Positions 28,120-40,955 of a stretch of 64,000 nt of DNA are shown one piece after another (positions within the stretch are counted from its first letter, which is position 1; every line of letters starts with the position of its first letter). The DNA comes from Eledone cirrhosa (taxonomy: Eukaryota). The DNA lies in the NCBI GenBank assembly GCA_964016885.1, contig OZ024740.1:149668001-149732000 (forward strand). The letters are read 5' to 3'. The notes beneath the pieces are model-generated. The model saw nothing but the letters and a program-made list of their open reading frames with translations. It had not been told where the DNA came from and searched no databases. The translations under genes were made by a program, and so were the position numbers.

Positions 28120-28960
28120 GGTCATCCTGACTACTCATCATCAGTTGATTAATCACTCTAAAGGTGAGATATGTATGGTAAGTAAACGTGTCCTAGATGT
28201 CGTCTTTTCTGATATCAGAAGATTTAGTGGATTTATCCAATAGAATTGGGACATCGCTGTTAATAATTGGCTCCACTCTATCGAGAACAACGTAGCCTGA
28301 AGATTTCTTCAGTTTGATATTATGGATTTCTATTTTTCCGTATTAAATTCCTCTCTCGCTCTGAAAATCCTGGTTACCAATTTTGTACGATCAGCGACGT
28401 GGATATTTGAATATTGTTGGGTGCAAGGAAGTGACTGTTTTATTTCACGGCGACTTCTATTGGATCAAAAACGAAGGTGACTTGTTATCCGACAATTGCA
28501 TGGAGAACTACGATGGAATTGAGACTGTGGATCTTGTTGGATGATATATTCTAGACACCTTCAAGAAGCGCGCGCCCCCGGCAGGTTGACTGTGTACAGA
28601 GAGGATGGACTGATCATTTGAAATAATATGAACAGTCACGCTATGGATAGATTTAAGATCTTCATAAGAATCTTCAAGGTGTTTGGCTTAAACATAAATA
28701 CCACGACAAATTTAACAAATATCAATTACTTGGCCATTGCTTAAAACCCCAAAAGAGGTAAATACTACCCCTATAGAAAGCCTAATGAGCCACGTATATA
28801 TTCATAAAAATTTCAACTATCATCACCCGCCTATAACTACAAACTTAGAAGCCAGTGTCAGAAGTATAATCTCCAATTTATTCTCAGATAGATAGATATT
28901 TGACATTACATCGACGTGTTAGTGAGAATTGTCTATAAGGAGAAGTTTGTATACATGGAG
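28120..28960 (+). mobile_element. Heavily decayed Naiad-like PLE RT fragment (not in the ORF track)
   Basis: Hand translation gives FLQFDIMDFY (~28305), MENYDGIETVDLVG (~28500), VYREDGL (~28595) and YYPYRKPN (~28760), colinear with the motifs of the 2485-3825 RT. Confidence 0.7.
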
Positions 28961-30610
28961 ATTTCCCGCTTCATAAACTGAGTTTCTTGTCTGCCATATC
29001 TGAAATAAACAAATTAAAATTTTCCTGACTATCTCTACAACTTAAGTAGCAAATGAAAAACGCATCTCAATCTTGAACAAAATTTGATCATTCTTCATAT
29101 GCACGATGATCCAAGAATGGTTGTCATCACTGACTCATAATTCTATCAAGAAACCGATAATAGTAGATTGAGAATGACAAAAAGAATTGCACAGCAAGAC
29201 ATTAGAGGAATTTTCTATAGAACCAAAGCACTTGGAATTTTTGTTTAAATGAAAAGCGTGTTTATTTTTTATAAATGTTTATGCATTTTTACTATTTAAT
29301 ATTCGATGAGTCGGCAGGTTTCGCTGAGGTCACGGTTTCTAGCTGTCCTGGTGATGGTCAATTTGAAATACCTTTGTTTGACTGCTCTTAAGTAGCGTTG
29401 ATATCGGTAATTCTTTTTCGAAATCTATATCGTTCTATTAAGTGAGTGGTATATAACAAACACATTTTTAAACATTAGAGAACTAATTAGAAGCACCATA
29501 ATTCAGAGATACTGATAAAATAGCAAGAGAAATTCGCTGTCAGTATTCAAAATATACTACTCGATTGTTTATTTTGGTAATTTTATTTTTTCAATACAGG
29601 GAAGTGATTTCAACAAGAAAAATCAATGAAAGTAGTAGGCCTTGGCATTAGAAATTACACACTGATCTATGGATTGGTGTACGGAAGTGATGCTAGGTAA
29701 ACTACTTCGACAGCAATCCGGGTCTGAAAGATGGGGTCTGGAATATTAACAGTACCCGATAATGTCATAGGTCGTGTTCTTTGCAATATTGTTTTACTGT
29801 AGGGCAAGAGTATGAATACTCCTACTGTGTGAAAATTTCTATTGTCACTCTACCCATTTTATTTGATTTTCACAGGAAAATGTATTTAGGATATTTCATT
29901 AATCCTGTTTCTCAAAGCTAAACGAGTACTGGCTTCAGCTTGTAGACACCTAAAATATTATAGCTAAGTGTTAGAGTAAACAGTCCCTTCCAACCTAGAA
30001 AAAGAAGCTTGCTTTACTATTTTTTTTTCTTTCTTCGAGATAAAAATGCGTGGTGGCATTCTTTTCCAGAAAAAAACTAGCTTAATTTACTTTGAATAAA
30101 AGTCGGGGAGGATAGTTGCCACGCTTGATGATACTCTAGAAAACCTGGAAAAATATCGTAGCTGCTTCGGTGTTTGCACTTGCAGCATTATTAGTTACTG
30201 TGTTTTGTATGTAAAATATGCCACCGTTTGAATCTTTAGAACCAATATTTACTTACTATGAATGCTTCTGAATTATCTCCTACCTGTAAGTGTTTGAAAA
30301 TGCTCCTTGGTTTTATATTATAAGTTGACTTAGTGTCACGTTGCGCTATATTTCGTCCTCTATCTATATAGTGAAGTATATTAATCTAGCTGTCGTCTGT
30401 TCTACAGATATAATTCACTTCGCGCAGAAGTTTTGTTCAAATTTATTGCGGAAATTTTGTAAGTTCAATTTTAATTTTGATACTATTGTGTAGCTTGACC
30501 CTCCGTCTGAACTGTCAGGCGGTGGGTCAGCTCATCTTTACCCCTCATAGGGGTGAAAAACCTGTTTTTTTAAATTTTGTGGCATAAAAAATTTCAATCG
30601 TCTGACAGAA

Positions 30611-32529
30611 ATGTTAAACGAAGCTAACGAAAATAGTGGTGGGGGGAGAGCGGTAAAAGTTGTAAGCTCGCACGCTTTAGTCCCCCCCCCCCCTTCCTTC
30701 CCAACTAACGTCATAGAGAAGGAAAGAAAAAATAAAATAAAAACAGACGAATCTGCGGAGAAAAATGACGAAAACACAAATCTGGACATTGATTCCAACA
30801 ACGGAAAAAAAAAAAATTTGAAAAATTGCATGAAAATATTAATACCAGAAACAAAGACACGACAAACACAAAAATAACATTTGAAAACAACATCATAACA
30901 GAAAGCAAAGCAGACGACAAAGTCAACACCAATAATATTTCATTTGCACAAACAACAAAGAAATCTTTGACATATATACCTGAAAATATTTCAGATGTGG
31001 CACAAAGAATTACAGACGCCAAACAATACATAACTGAAGGAGAAAATGGTATTTTATCGGTAAAAATGCCTCAAGAACTCACCAAAGACACTAAAAGTCG
31101 AACGGTCGTTTTCCGCACCATCAACAACATTTCTAAAAAACCTGAACAGCCAACTCAAACAGAAATCAAAACAGTACTTACAGAAGTACTTAATGAAACC
31201 ACTTTCATAAGAAAAGACAGACTGTATGGAAGCCTAGCGATTATTATGAAGAACGAATCGGCGGCAAAAAAATGTGCTTTGTCACCGATTCGTTCGAAAA
31301 ATTTTACCTTTTATCCATCTTATATGGGTAAAAGAACTCAACGCATATGGCTGGATGCAATGATGCCAGATGTGGACTACTGCTGGCTCATAGCTGGCTT
31401 CATCGATCCAGCGAATGACAACGTGATTTCCATTGGTAAAACCACAGGCAATGCGTTCAGTGGAACAGGTATAGAGCTTGTAGTGCAAATGAAGCCTGAA
31501 CGCATCGCCCAAATACCCGACAGAATCCTATTAGAGGGCCACGGGTATATAAACATTAGCGTGGAGGGGAGAAGACCGTCCTGTCATATCTGTGCAGGCA
31601 GAGGGCACCTGAAGGCGGCTTGTCCCCAACTCAACAAAAAGAAAACCCTGCTACCAACACCAGCTCCACCACCACCACCACAACAGATAAACAAACAACA
31701 AAACTCAGTCCCACCCAACCCGTCCCTCAGTAAAACTACACCACCACCACAACACAAACAGTCACAGCACATTACCCCAAAACAAAATACAGGCCCACCC
31801 AACCCCTCACTCAATAAAACAACACAACCACCGCAGCCACAACACACAACACAGTCTAACATAGTGACATCCATCTCCCCCACAAAGAAAACCAACACGG
31901 AAACATTACCAGCAAACATACCTCTTCCCTCCAACACTGAAGATAACCCAACGAATTCGGAGGAAGAAACGGAGTCCTTCAGACAGATTAAAAGGAAAAA
32001 AAGAAAACATGTGCAAAACACACAAGGCCAAACAACCCCCACCCAAATGTCAACACAATCCAACAAAACACAAAACACCCCTCCAGCAACAAACAAAACC
32101 AAACCTGCCCCTCCTCTCTTCGAAACACTCACACCATCCGAAAAAAAGACATTACACTATACTTACATCAACAGAAACAATAATAAATTAAATGAACTCA
32201 TAAACAATAATCCTTCGGTACAAACCGAAGGTGTAAACTTTGTTTCTTCAGAAAACTACCCACATTTAAAATTAATAAAGATCCCAATGAACCTCTACCA
32301 AAAACTAAAAAAGGATTTTAAGGAGGACGTAGGACCACCCTCTGTCAAACCCATAAACCGCGTCCTACTAAAAAGCTTTCCCCCTCCCCTTCCCCTCCCC
32401 AACACAACTCCAAACACCCCAACCCCACCACACACTGACGACCCCACACCACCACAAGACACCCCTTCACCCAACACCCCCGATTCCATGGAAGTCGTGC
32501 GACCCGAACCCCGAGAAGCAGAAAGGTAG
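30611..32529 (+). CDS. LINE ORF1 (gag-like, CCHC knuckle), probable frameshift in the A-run near 30810
   Basis: CHICAGRGHLKAACP knuckle and Pro/Thr/Gln-rich tail; ORF 30611-30877 overlaps ORF 30826-32529 across a homopolymer. Confidence 0.85.
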
Positions 32530-32562
32530 GTCTCTACACTCTCCTTTGGCTTTGCCGCCCAC

Positions 32563-35500
32563 ATGGATGTGTTAAGAGTAGGATGTTTGAATGCACGTGG
32601 CCTGGGCTCAACTTGGAAGCAAGCAAAGCTTCTAAATGACCTCAGGTCATGTGGTATAAATGTAATGGTTATCTGTGAGACTCGGATCAGCGTCGTGCGG
32701 CAGCTGGCCCCTACCTTCGATGACTTTGAGGTGCATGCATCTCTCTGTCAACCTGGAGGTGGGGGTGGGGTTGTCGTACTGCTGCAAAAACACCTGGGTC
32801 TTGCCGTACAGGTTGTTCACTCGGACCTGGAGGGTCGTTTGTTGGTGCTAGACGTTGGCAGTAGTCAAGGTGTGGCCTTGAGACTGGTCGCCGTCTACTC
32901 CCCTTTCGGAGCTGAACGGCCCGACTTCTTCCAGTTTGGAGACTTTTCTGGGAACGTCGCGTTCCCTGCTTCTAGCGGGGGATTGGAATGACATCCTAGA
33001 TGCACGTTGGGACTATGCAGGAGCATGTCCTAATAGAGGGGGGTGTAACAGCCTCAAGGGGTTACTCGACCGTTTTAACTTGGTCGATAGATATCGACTA
33101 TATTTTCCAACTGTGCCTACCTGGACTTGGACGAACCACAGTGGTCAATCTAGATCGTACTTAGATAGATTCTTAGTTAGAAGTAAGGATAGGGACATAT
33201 TAAGCTGTCCAGAAATGCTCACGGTTGGCTATACGGATCACAAATTAGTGACCTGCGTAGTCAATCTCGAGAAAACATAAACAGGGTTACTGGAAACTTA
33301 ATTTGTCTTTACCGGCAAAAGAGACTTACAGAAACCGGATTAGCAGATTAGTTAAGGAGAGGTTGACGGGTGCAATCGTCAACAACCGCTGGTGGGCATC
33401 TCTCAAAAGAGAGATTAGAACAGAATCAATAAGTTATAGCAAGATGTTAGCTGCCGATAGGAATAGAAACGAGAAAGAATTAACAGGTAAATTAGAAGAG
33501 GCAATCAAGAGCGAAGATGTGGCCAGAGGACGGCCTTGAACCAGTTTTTCGATGCAAAGCACAAAGGCTGCGTCATTCGAAGTAAAATACGTGCTCTAGG
33601 TAATGAGGGGGCCAAAGCCGTTGGCTGGGCCCGCGTGACAGAAGCTAAGAGTGGAAATCTATCCACCATCCGGTCGTTGCAAGACGAGGATGGACGGGTA
33701 ATCCGGGAGCCTAAGCAGATGTGCGAGGCCTTTCAAAGACATTTTGCCCGATTATTCGGGGGAGGCGAGGGTCCGGGCGAGGACGTGGATTTCGGTCCAT
33801 ACCTCGACGGCCTGCCGCGTCTCTCGAGCGAAGAGGCAGAGTCCTGCGAGGGACCAATCTCGGCTGATGAGATCGGGGATGCGCTGAGCCAATGCAGCAG
33901 ACGCAAATCTCCAGGTCTCGATGGTATACCTTACGAACTTTATTTAGCAATGCCGGTCTTCTTCTCCGAACTCCTCGAAGCGGTCTACTGCAATTGGCAG
34001 CAGAACGGGAGAATTCCTTGTTCTGTAGCCAAGGGCGTAGTCTCGCTGGTGAGGAAGGACGAGAACAAGGGGGATAGTATAAATAATTTTCGGCCCATAA
34101 CCCTGCTGAACACAGAGTTAAAGATTTTGGCCAAGGTGTTAGCAAAGAGGTTGGCGCTTGTCATGGGTAGCCTGGTGGGAGATGCGCAGACATGTGCTTT
34201 CCCATCCAGGTCCATTCACGATAACCTCCACCTCATGCGATACATCATAGAGAGGGTTGGCAACAAACCCGGCTTCGGTGGGGCCCTGATCAACTTGGAT
34301 CAGTCTAAGGCCTTCGATAGGGTCGACCATGGTTACCTGGATGCGGTGCTAGCGGCGGCTGGGTTCGGTCCTGTTTTCAGAGGCTGGATCACTGCCTTAC
34401 ATAGAAACCACATCTGTTCTAGGATCAAGGTGAACGGCTACCTTTCGAAGCCGTTCGAAATCACACGGTCCATTCGACAGGGGTGCCCTCTCTCCTCCCT
34501 TCTATACGTATTGACTCTCGAGCCTTTACTGAGGAAGTTGGAGTTGTTGCAGGGTATCCCCCTGGAACCAGGATTGAGCAAAGCGGTGTCGGCCTACGCC
34601 GATGACGTAACAGTAATGGTATCGACCGACTCGGAGATCGAGGCGATCGGTACCTTACTGGAGGATTACGAAAGGTTGTCAGGAGCGAAACTGAACCGGG
34701 AAAAATCCATCGGGCTGTAACTCGGAACGTGGAGAGGCAGACCGATGCCTCCCGACGGTGTCGTCGGACACTGGACGGAGGGCCCGGTAAAGTTGCTTGG
34801 GGTCTGGTTTGGACCGGACCTCCAGGTGGAAAATAACTGGGACGAGGTTACGAACAAGATCTTTGCACTAACCCAGAAATGGGCTAAGTGTAAGCTGTCC
34901 CTAAAAGGCCGGGCGGAGGTGGCGAACATTTACATAGCGTCCGTCACTTACTACCGGCTGACTGTCGTGCCTTGCCCTAAGGAAATACTCACCACCATGG
35001 AACGCATGCTCTTCCAATTTCTTTGGAAGAAGCGCCCTCCTATGGTGAGAAGATCCATCTGCTGCCAACAACCTTCGAAAGGAGGGCTGGGGATGCTGTG
35101 GTTGATGATGCGTAGGAACGCATTAAGGCTACGGCACCTACAGGTATTCCTCACTGGTCAACCGGTGTGGGCTCCGTTCGTGAAACGAGCCTTTCCGAGA
35201 CTCGTCTCGCTCACCGAGCTGCAGTCCTGGGTCAAGCAAAGATCCGGAAAACTGGGAGACTGGCACACTGAGTGTGCTCAGGCGCTCAGGGCTCTCTGGC
35301 AAGCGGGCCAGGCCATCGGTGGAGAATCCACCTCATCATTCTATAGAGGGCTGGTGGCTAGCAGGGGCGATGACACCCTTGGAGAGTCGCTGGACATGGA
35401 AGAGGACGAACTGGCCAGCCTGTTCGGTAGGACTTTCGGCCCGGGACCAATGGACAACTTCCAGAAGTCACTAGCCTGGCAGTGCTACCGGGGGGCTCTA

Positions 35501-35974
35501 CCCGTTCGAGAGAGGCTCTACAGACACGGGCGCCCAGGCAGGGATCCCTCGAAAAAGATTTTCCCTAGATGCGTTCGTCACGAAGAAACCGTTGCGCATG
35601 CATTGGTGCAATGTCCGGGCGTGGCTGATCTGTGGGGCTACGCCGAACGACTGCTGTCGCGGGTGGCGCCGATTCGATTGACCGCCGAGTCCGTGATGAC
35701 AATCAAACCGCCTCCCCTCTTCACAAAGGAAGCAAAGGCGGTTTTTCTGTGCGTAATAGCCATGTTGAAAGAGGTTGTTTGGTGGACACGATTGAAAGGT
35801 CTGAGGTCAGGCAACTTCCTCTCTGGCCATAGTCTGGTCTACTTCCGATATCACTTCGGAAGAAGGATAAGAATGGAGAGAGAGGTGCTTGGCCACAGCC
35901 AGTTTTATGAAAGGTGGGTGATAGTGGCGAGAATGGCTCGTGTAAATGGGCCTTCTCTGTATACCATCCTGTAG
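32563..35974 (+). pseudogene. LINE ORF2 (APE endonuclease, RT, C-terminal zinc finger), disrupted
   Basis: LNARGL, ICET, AGDWN, SYLDRF, TDHK; KSPGLDG, FRPITLLN, DQSKAFDRV, IRQGCPLS, AYADD; PRC...ETVAHALVQC. Lesions near 32935, 33280 and 33535, plus an in-frame TAA at 34718. Confidence 0.93.
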
Positions 35975-36630
35975 GTAAAGAAGTGAAGGAGAGGGGAGCA
36001 CCTTCTCCATGTGCTCCCCGGGCAAAGGATTGCACACTTTTTCGGGGGTGTGTGCAACCCCCATCACGTCCCCTCCCTTTTGAGGTTGTTTTCGATTATT
36101 TTCATTTTATACCCTTTTTACTCGATTGTATGTAAACTCCCCCTTTGTATTTGTCCCTTCTTTTTATGCCTTTATGGTAAATAAAGAAATATATCTATAT
36201 AGTGAAGTATGCTTTCCATTTTATCGAAAGATTTATCTTTGAACGTATGACGCTCATCTTTGCTGATAACAATCGGTTTATCATAGCTAAAGCATATATT
36301 TTGACCGCATGTTCCTTACGCTGTCCTGCCCAAGTTTAAAGATTTACCCACATAGTCTTGACGTTTACCACCTTTCATTTTTCTCAACACATGCTCTGTT
36401 ACATTCACTGTGATGCACTTATCAATTCCTTAGATGATCTTTCAGCATTTGGCATAAAGGCTGGGGATCTGACCCCTGTCTCACTGAAAATCTGAAATGA
36501 CAGCTAAAGAAACAATTGTACTCAAACGACATCATAGTTATTGCAACAAATATCTATACACCACAACCTTTTCCACGCATTCAGTGGTCTCCCAACGTTG
36601 TATGTTCTTTATTTAATTACAATATATATA

Positions 36631-37932
36631 CAGGGTGCGGACGATATTTGTTCGCAAGATTACTGTCTAGGAAAAGGTAACAGTAGTTTTATTCTTTAAG
36701 ATATATTTATCACACTTGGGTCAGTTTGTCTTCATGACTTGTTCTTTCGATCTCACTCGATAAATCCGCCATTGGCTTTGATGACGGCCTCAAGGCGGCC
36801 TCGGAACCGGCTACAAGTCTTCATCACTGTCCCCCGACTTAGGCCTCTTACGGCACTTGTGATCCTGACCTTCAGATCGTCTTTCGTATTGCAGCTAGAT
36901 CTGTTGGTGTCTCGTTCCACTGCGCCCCACACAAAGAGGTTGAGGGAGTTGCAGTCAGGCAAGCTGGGAGGCCAGATGTCAGGTGAAGTGTGGTCGACGA
37001 AGTTCTCTGACAGCCAGGCTTGGGTCTTTCGGCTGGTATGGCAGGGTGCTGCGTCTTGCTGCCACACGTACGGCCTGCCTGCAGCTACCTGGTCGATACA
37101 GGGCTTTACTACCTCGCTCAGAACGCGGATATAGCCATCGGTGTTCAGCTTGAGGCCCTCAGAGAAGAAGTGAGGTGGCATGATGTCACCTTGACTGCTG
37201 ACGACACCTAAGACCAATGTTGTCGCTGGAAACTTTGTCTGCATGACTCTGGGCACGTCTTTGGATGAGACAGCGAGCCACCTGTTGTTCTGGGAGATGA
37301 TCTTCTGGTCTTGGCAGAAGTTTTTCTCGTCGGAGAAAAACCACAGCATGTCTGGCTCCAGTGGGTATTTCAACTTGTTGATCAGCTTCTTTGCGTGCTT
37401 CAGTCGCTTTTCTTGCATCGCCTTTGACAGAAATTGTCCTTTTCTCATCTTGTATGAAACGTAGCGGATGTCTTCATGTACCACCAGCCTTATGAGCTTT
37501 TCATCCACGCCTTTCTCCCTTGCAATGGCACGTATCGACTTGCTAGGTTCATTGTTGATTATATCCTGAACTTCAGCGACGAACTCGAGGGTTCTGAAGG
37601 CGTCAGATCGTCGCTCATGTGTTTTCCTCTCTGATGTTGCTTCGTAGTCGAATCCTGAATCTTCCAATTCCTTTATGACCTTTTCCACTATTCTCCTGCC
37701 GACGCTGAGAAAGTCTGAAATTTCCTTATTTGTCCTCCCGGCGCGGATTCCAAGAAGCACTCCGTGTCTCTTCCACAAATTTGGAGATTCAAAATTATTC
37801 ATAATCAATTATTCTGAAAATAAATAATGGAAATATAGTCATTGTTTTTATGAAGACAAGAGTGACAACGGAAGTTTAAAAAATGTGCATAAAATTAGCA
37901 GTTGAAAATTACGAACAAATATCGTCCACACC

Positions 37933-37935
<3 letters not shown>
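36631..37935 (-). mobile_element. Full-length maT (DD37D-family) Tc1/mariner transposon
   Basis: TIRs CAGGGTGCGGACGATATTTGTTCG / CGAACAAATATCGTCCACACCCTG, with TA on both sides. Confidence 0.95.
36753..37808 (-). CDS. Transposase, uninterrupted ORF, third catalytic Asp replaced by Asn
   Basis: HTH N-terminus, FSDEK, QQDAAPCH, then 37 residues to N in PDCNSLNL (consensus SPDLNPLD). Confidence 0.9.
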   Translation of the reverse strand: MIMNNFESPNLWKRHGVLLGIRAGRTNKEISDFLSVGRRIVEKVIKELEDSGFDYEATSERKTHERRSDAFRTLEFVAEVQDIINNEPSKSIRAIAREKGVDEKLIRLVVHEDIRYVSYKMRKGQFLSKAMQEKRLKHAKKLINKLKYPLEPDMLWFFSDEKNFCQDQKIISQNNRWLAVSSKDVPRVMQTKFPATTLVLGVVSSQGDIMPPHFFSEGLKLNTDGYIRVLSEVVKPCIDQVAAGRPYVWQQDAAPCHTSRKTQAWLSENFVDHTSPDIWPPSLPDCNSLNLFVWGAVERDTNRSSCNTKDDLKVRITSAVRGLSRGTVMKTCSRFRGRLEAVIKANGGFIE

Positions 37936-38003
<68 letters not shown>

Positions 38004-38101
38004 TGTGTGTGTATGTAAAAAGTAAACAGAAATATCAAAGCAGACGACATAGTACAATGGAGAAATATATTATTTTAACGCTTGAAATAATAGGAAAAAC
38101 A

Positions 38102-38137
38102 TCTTAATGTTTCGAACACTAGTCCTTCAACAGAACA
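38102..38137 (-). ncRNA. Degenerate hammerhead, same family as 14453-14488
   Basis: CTGTTGA-AGGACTAGTGTTC-GAAAC-ATTA-AGA. Confidence 0.55.
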
Positions 38138-39173
38138 GAGAATGGGAAATACAAGATGAAATAGAAATATAAGGAATGAGAAGGGGGAGGAACGGTAAAA
38201 AAATTGAGAGAAAAAAAGAAACACACGTGCGTATTTAGTCGCCTATTTTGGTCATGTGTATCCAAGGCGTTAGAATAGTTTAGGAAAGGAAGTAATCATT
38301 GCAAATTTGAGGTTACCGTGTGTGTGTGTGCGGATGTCGGTGTGTTCGTTTGATGTGCAGAGGTTCGAAGAATGGGCGTTGGACCATGACAGGCTGTCTG
38401 CTGTGAGAATGTGGAGGCGTGAGTGAGCGTGAGCGCGTGAACTGACCTATGTAGGGAAATGTACAAAAATGTATATGAATTTCTGCGTATAAATACATAC
38501 ACACACATAGAAGCAGTCGAAAGGGGCTGTATAGAAAAGAAAGAAATATAAAGTCAACGACTAATAAGGTCGTTGACTTTATATTTCCTTTCGTCATAAG
38601 AGAAGTTGATTAGCTTCGGATACGACGATATGGTGGTACAACCGCAAATTGCTAAAGTACAAAGTGTGAAATCACTACGTGCGTGAAGGTGTATAGAGCC
38701 GGGAAGTGGTGGGAAGAAGTAAATATTATGAAATATTCAACACCGACGGCGTCACAGCTGCGGCACTGAGTGCCATGCGAACACAAACGCGCACGCAAGA
38801 GACTCAAGAACACTTGCACCTTCAAGCATGAGCTCTGGAATGTGTGTGTCGGTGGTATGTACCAGCGAGTGCACATATGCGTGCATACATAACAGTGTAT
38901 AGGATTTTGAGAGTCATGTGTGTGCTGTGGTAGATGTGCATTGGGTGGTATATGTGTGTGTGTTGTAAATGTACATGCGTTTGTGTGTGAGGACAAGGAT
39001 AATAGAAGGTTGTAGGAACTGTTGGGGCAAGAGAATTGAGGCCATTCGGAAAAGTAATTCCAATGCAAAAAATGACATTCTGTTCGGTCTTGGTGTGAAT
39101 ATCTGCGTATAAATGCATACATACATAGAAGCAGTCGGTCTCTAATTGTAAATACTGTTGTTTTTGCTTTCAG

Positions 39174-39285
39174 GATGGTATATATCAATCGTTATTAATA
39201 GACAACCCCGAAGATTTGTTTAGTGCTGTTGATTATGATATTTCCACAACACACACATGTTTTATGAAGGGTTTGGAAATATCCC
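39174..39285 (+). CDS. ACSL: Long-chain acyl-CoA synthetase exon (DGIYQSLLIDNPEDLFSAVDYDISTTHTCFMKGLEIS)
   Basis: tttcag acceptor, gtaagt donor, 112 nt, phase 0 to 1, matching the next exon. Confidence 0.8.
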
Positions 39286-40587
39286 GTAAGTAATATTTTT
39301 GTAATATTATCCATCATTTTAAATTATTTGTTGTTGTTGTTATTGTTATTGTTATTTGTCAATGGTGAAGTAAAGATACCACTAGAGTATTAAACAGCGT
39401 ATAACTAGAAATATTGAATGTGGCACCTTTCTCGGAGCGTGCAATTATGAAAGAAATGTGTTGGTCTTATGAATGTTTGGTAGGAGCATTCGTGTCAGCT
39501 TTCCAATTTTACAACGTATATTTTTTAGTGGAAGTTCATAAATCTGCATAAGTACATATATTTAGCTCGTCAATGTTGTTCGATTTAGCTCCTAATAGCA
39601 TTAAGGTGAGTGTGCGTCTGTGAAACATGTACATATACACCTGGTCGGACCACTAAGGTAGCAAACTCCCATTGTCACTGCTTCCGTCTCTCCCGCTCTC
39701 CCCATATCTCATTATTATGAACAAATGGAGGCCCACGCACTGGCCGCCCCGCAGTGGACAGAATAAAGAAAGCGTTTCCCTTGAGGATGGTGAGGGATAT
39801 TGTGAGTGGAGAAGAATTCTGACATTTTGTGCAAAGCTCTTCGTCGGATGGAGGCGTTCTTTCTTTTGTTGTAATTGTTGTTTTGTTTTGGTTGAGTTTT
39901 GATTTTTTCTAACTGTCCTCAAGCTGATTTCTGTTTGTTTTCCCACTTCTTATGTTGTTATCAGAGATTTTATCTCGCTGGACCAAATACAATAAATAAT
40001 TATTGGAACTACTCTACACTATTATACAATACCGCATTGTAACGTATTTCTATGTTACATCAAATTGCACAACATATATATAATAGTCTGTCATGCCAAT
40101 CACAGGTAACATTATTTGGCAGTATCGGTAGAGAATCGTACACCATGCTTTGACGCATAGAGTTACGGCCCTTTCCATTCTGAGTTCAAACCCCGCCGAG
40201 GTCAACTTTGCCTTTCATCCTTACGGGGTCGATAAAATAAAGTACCAGTAATGTACTGCGTAATTGCTGGCCTTGTGCCAAAAGTAGAAACAATTATTAG
40301 CAAATGAATGCGCACATATTTGACCAGGCCTATCTGTGCATGATAAGTACATTCGAAATTGAGTCAAGGGATAAGGGTAGAGACCGTGAGGATTGCTAGC
40401 TTTTTCTTCTTTTTTTAAGGGTACTTCCTTTGTTTCTTTGTTGCAGTTGTGATGGCCCTAAATAATTTGAAGCCTTTGCACATTCAAACACGTAGAAACA
40501 CTCTTTAATTTTCATATTTATTTCTTAGTATAACAACGGAAACATCAACATAGTAACTATATATTGGGCGTGAGAATGCCATAATGT

Positions 40588-40955
40588 TTGCCATGCGTGA
40601 GAATGCCAGAATATTTGGCTGAAATGTGGTTCCTCCGAAGGGTTTTTGGAGTAACGTTATTCGATAGAGTGCGTAGCTCGGAGATCAGAGAGTCACTCCA
40701 GGTAGAACCGTTGCTTCTCCAAATTGAGAGATCACAGCTCCGATACTATGGGCAAGTGGTTAGAATGTCTCAGAAAAGAATCACTGCACATATTTTACGA
40801 GCAAAATCAACCGACAGGAAACCGCGGTAGACCCCGGGCAAGATGGTTGGATAACATCTATGAGCTTGGCTGATCTCGCTTGGGGATCCAGTCATATCAG
40901 TTGGAGACTGTTGCTTCTGACAGGGCCCGCTGGAAGGAGCGTTTGAGGACTCTGT
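40588..40955 (+). mobile_element. RTE-clade LINE 3' fragment
   Basis: EMWFLRRVFGVTLFDRVRSSEIR...SQLRYYGQVVRM...RP..RW.D...DRARW. Confidence 0.85.

Larger units (their letters stand above)
30380..36191 (+). mobile_element. Full-length L1/Tx1-clade LINE with 19-bp target-site duplication
   Basis: TATCTATATAGTGAAGTAT at 30361-30379 and 36192-36210; two ORFs; 3' end AAATAAAGAAATA. Confidence 0.95.

Noticed and set aside
29600-29696. AG/GT-bounded segment with MKVVGLGIRNY as a candidate ACSL first exon
   Set aside because: It ends in phase 2, incompatible with the phase-0 exon at 39174, and has no recognisable homology; it could be a UTR exon.
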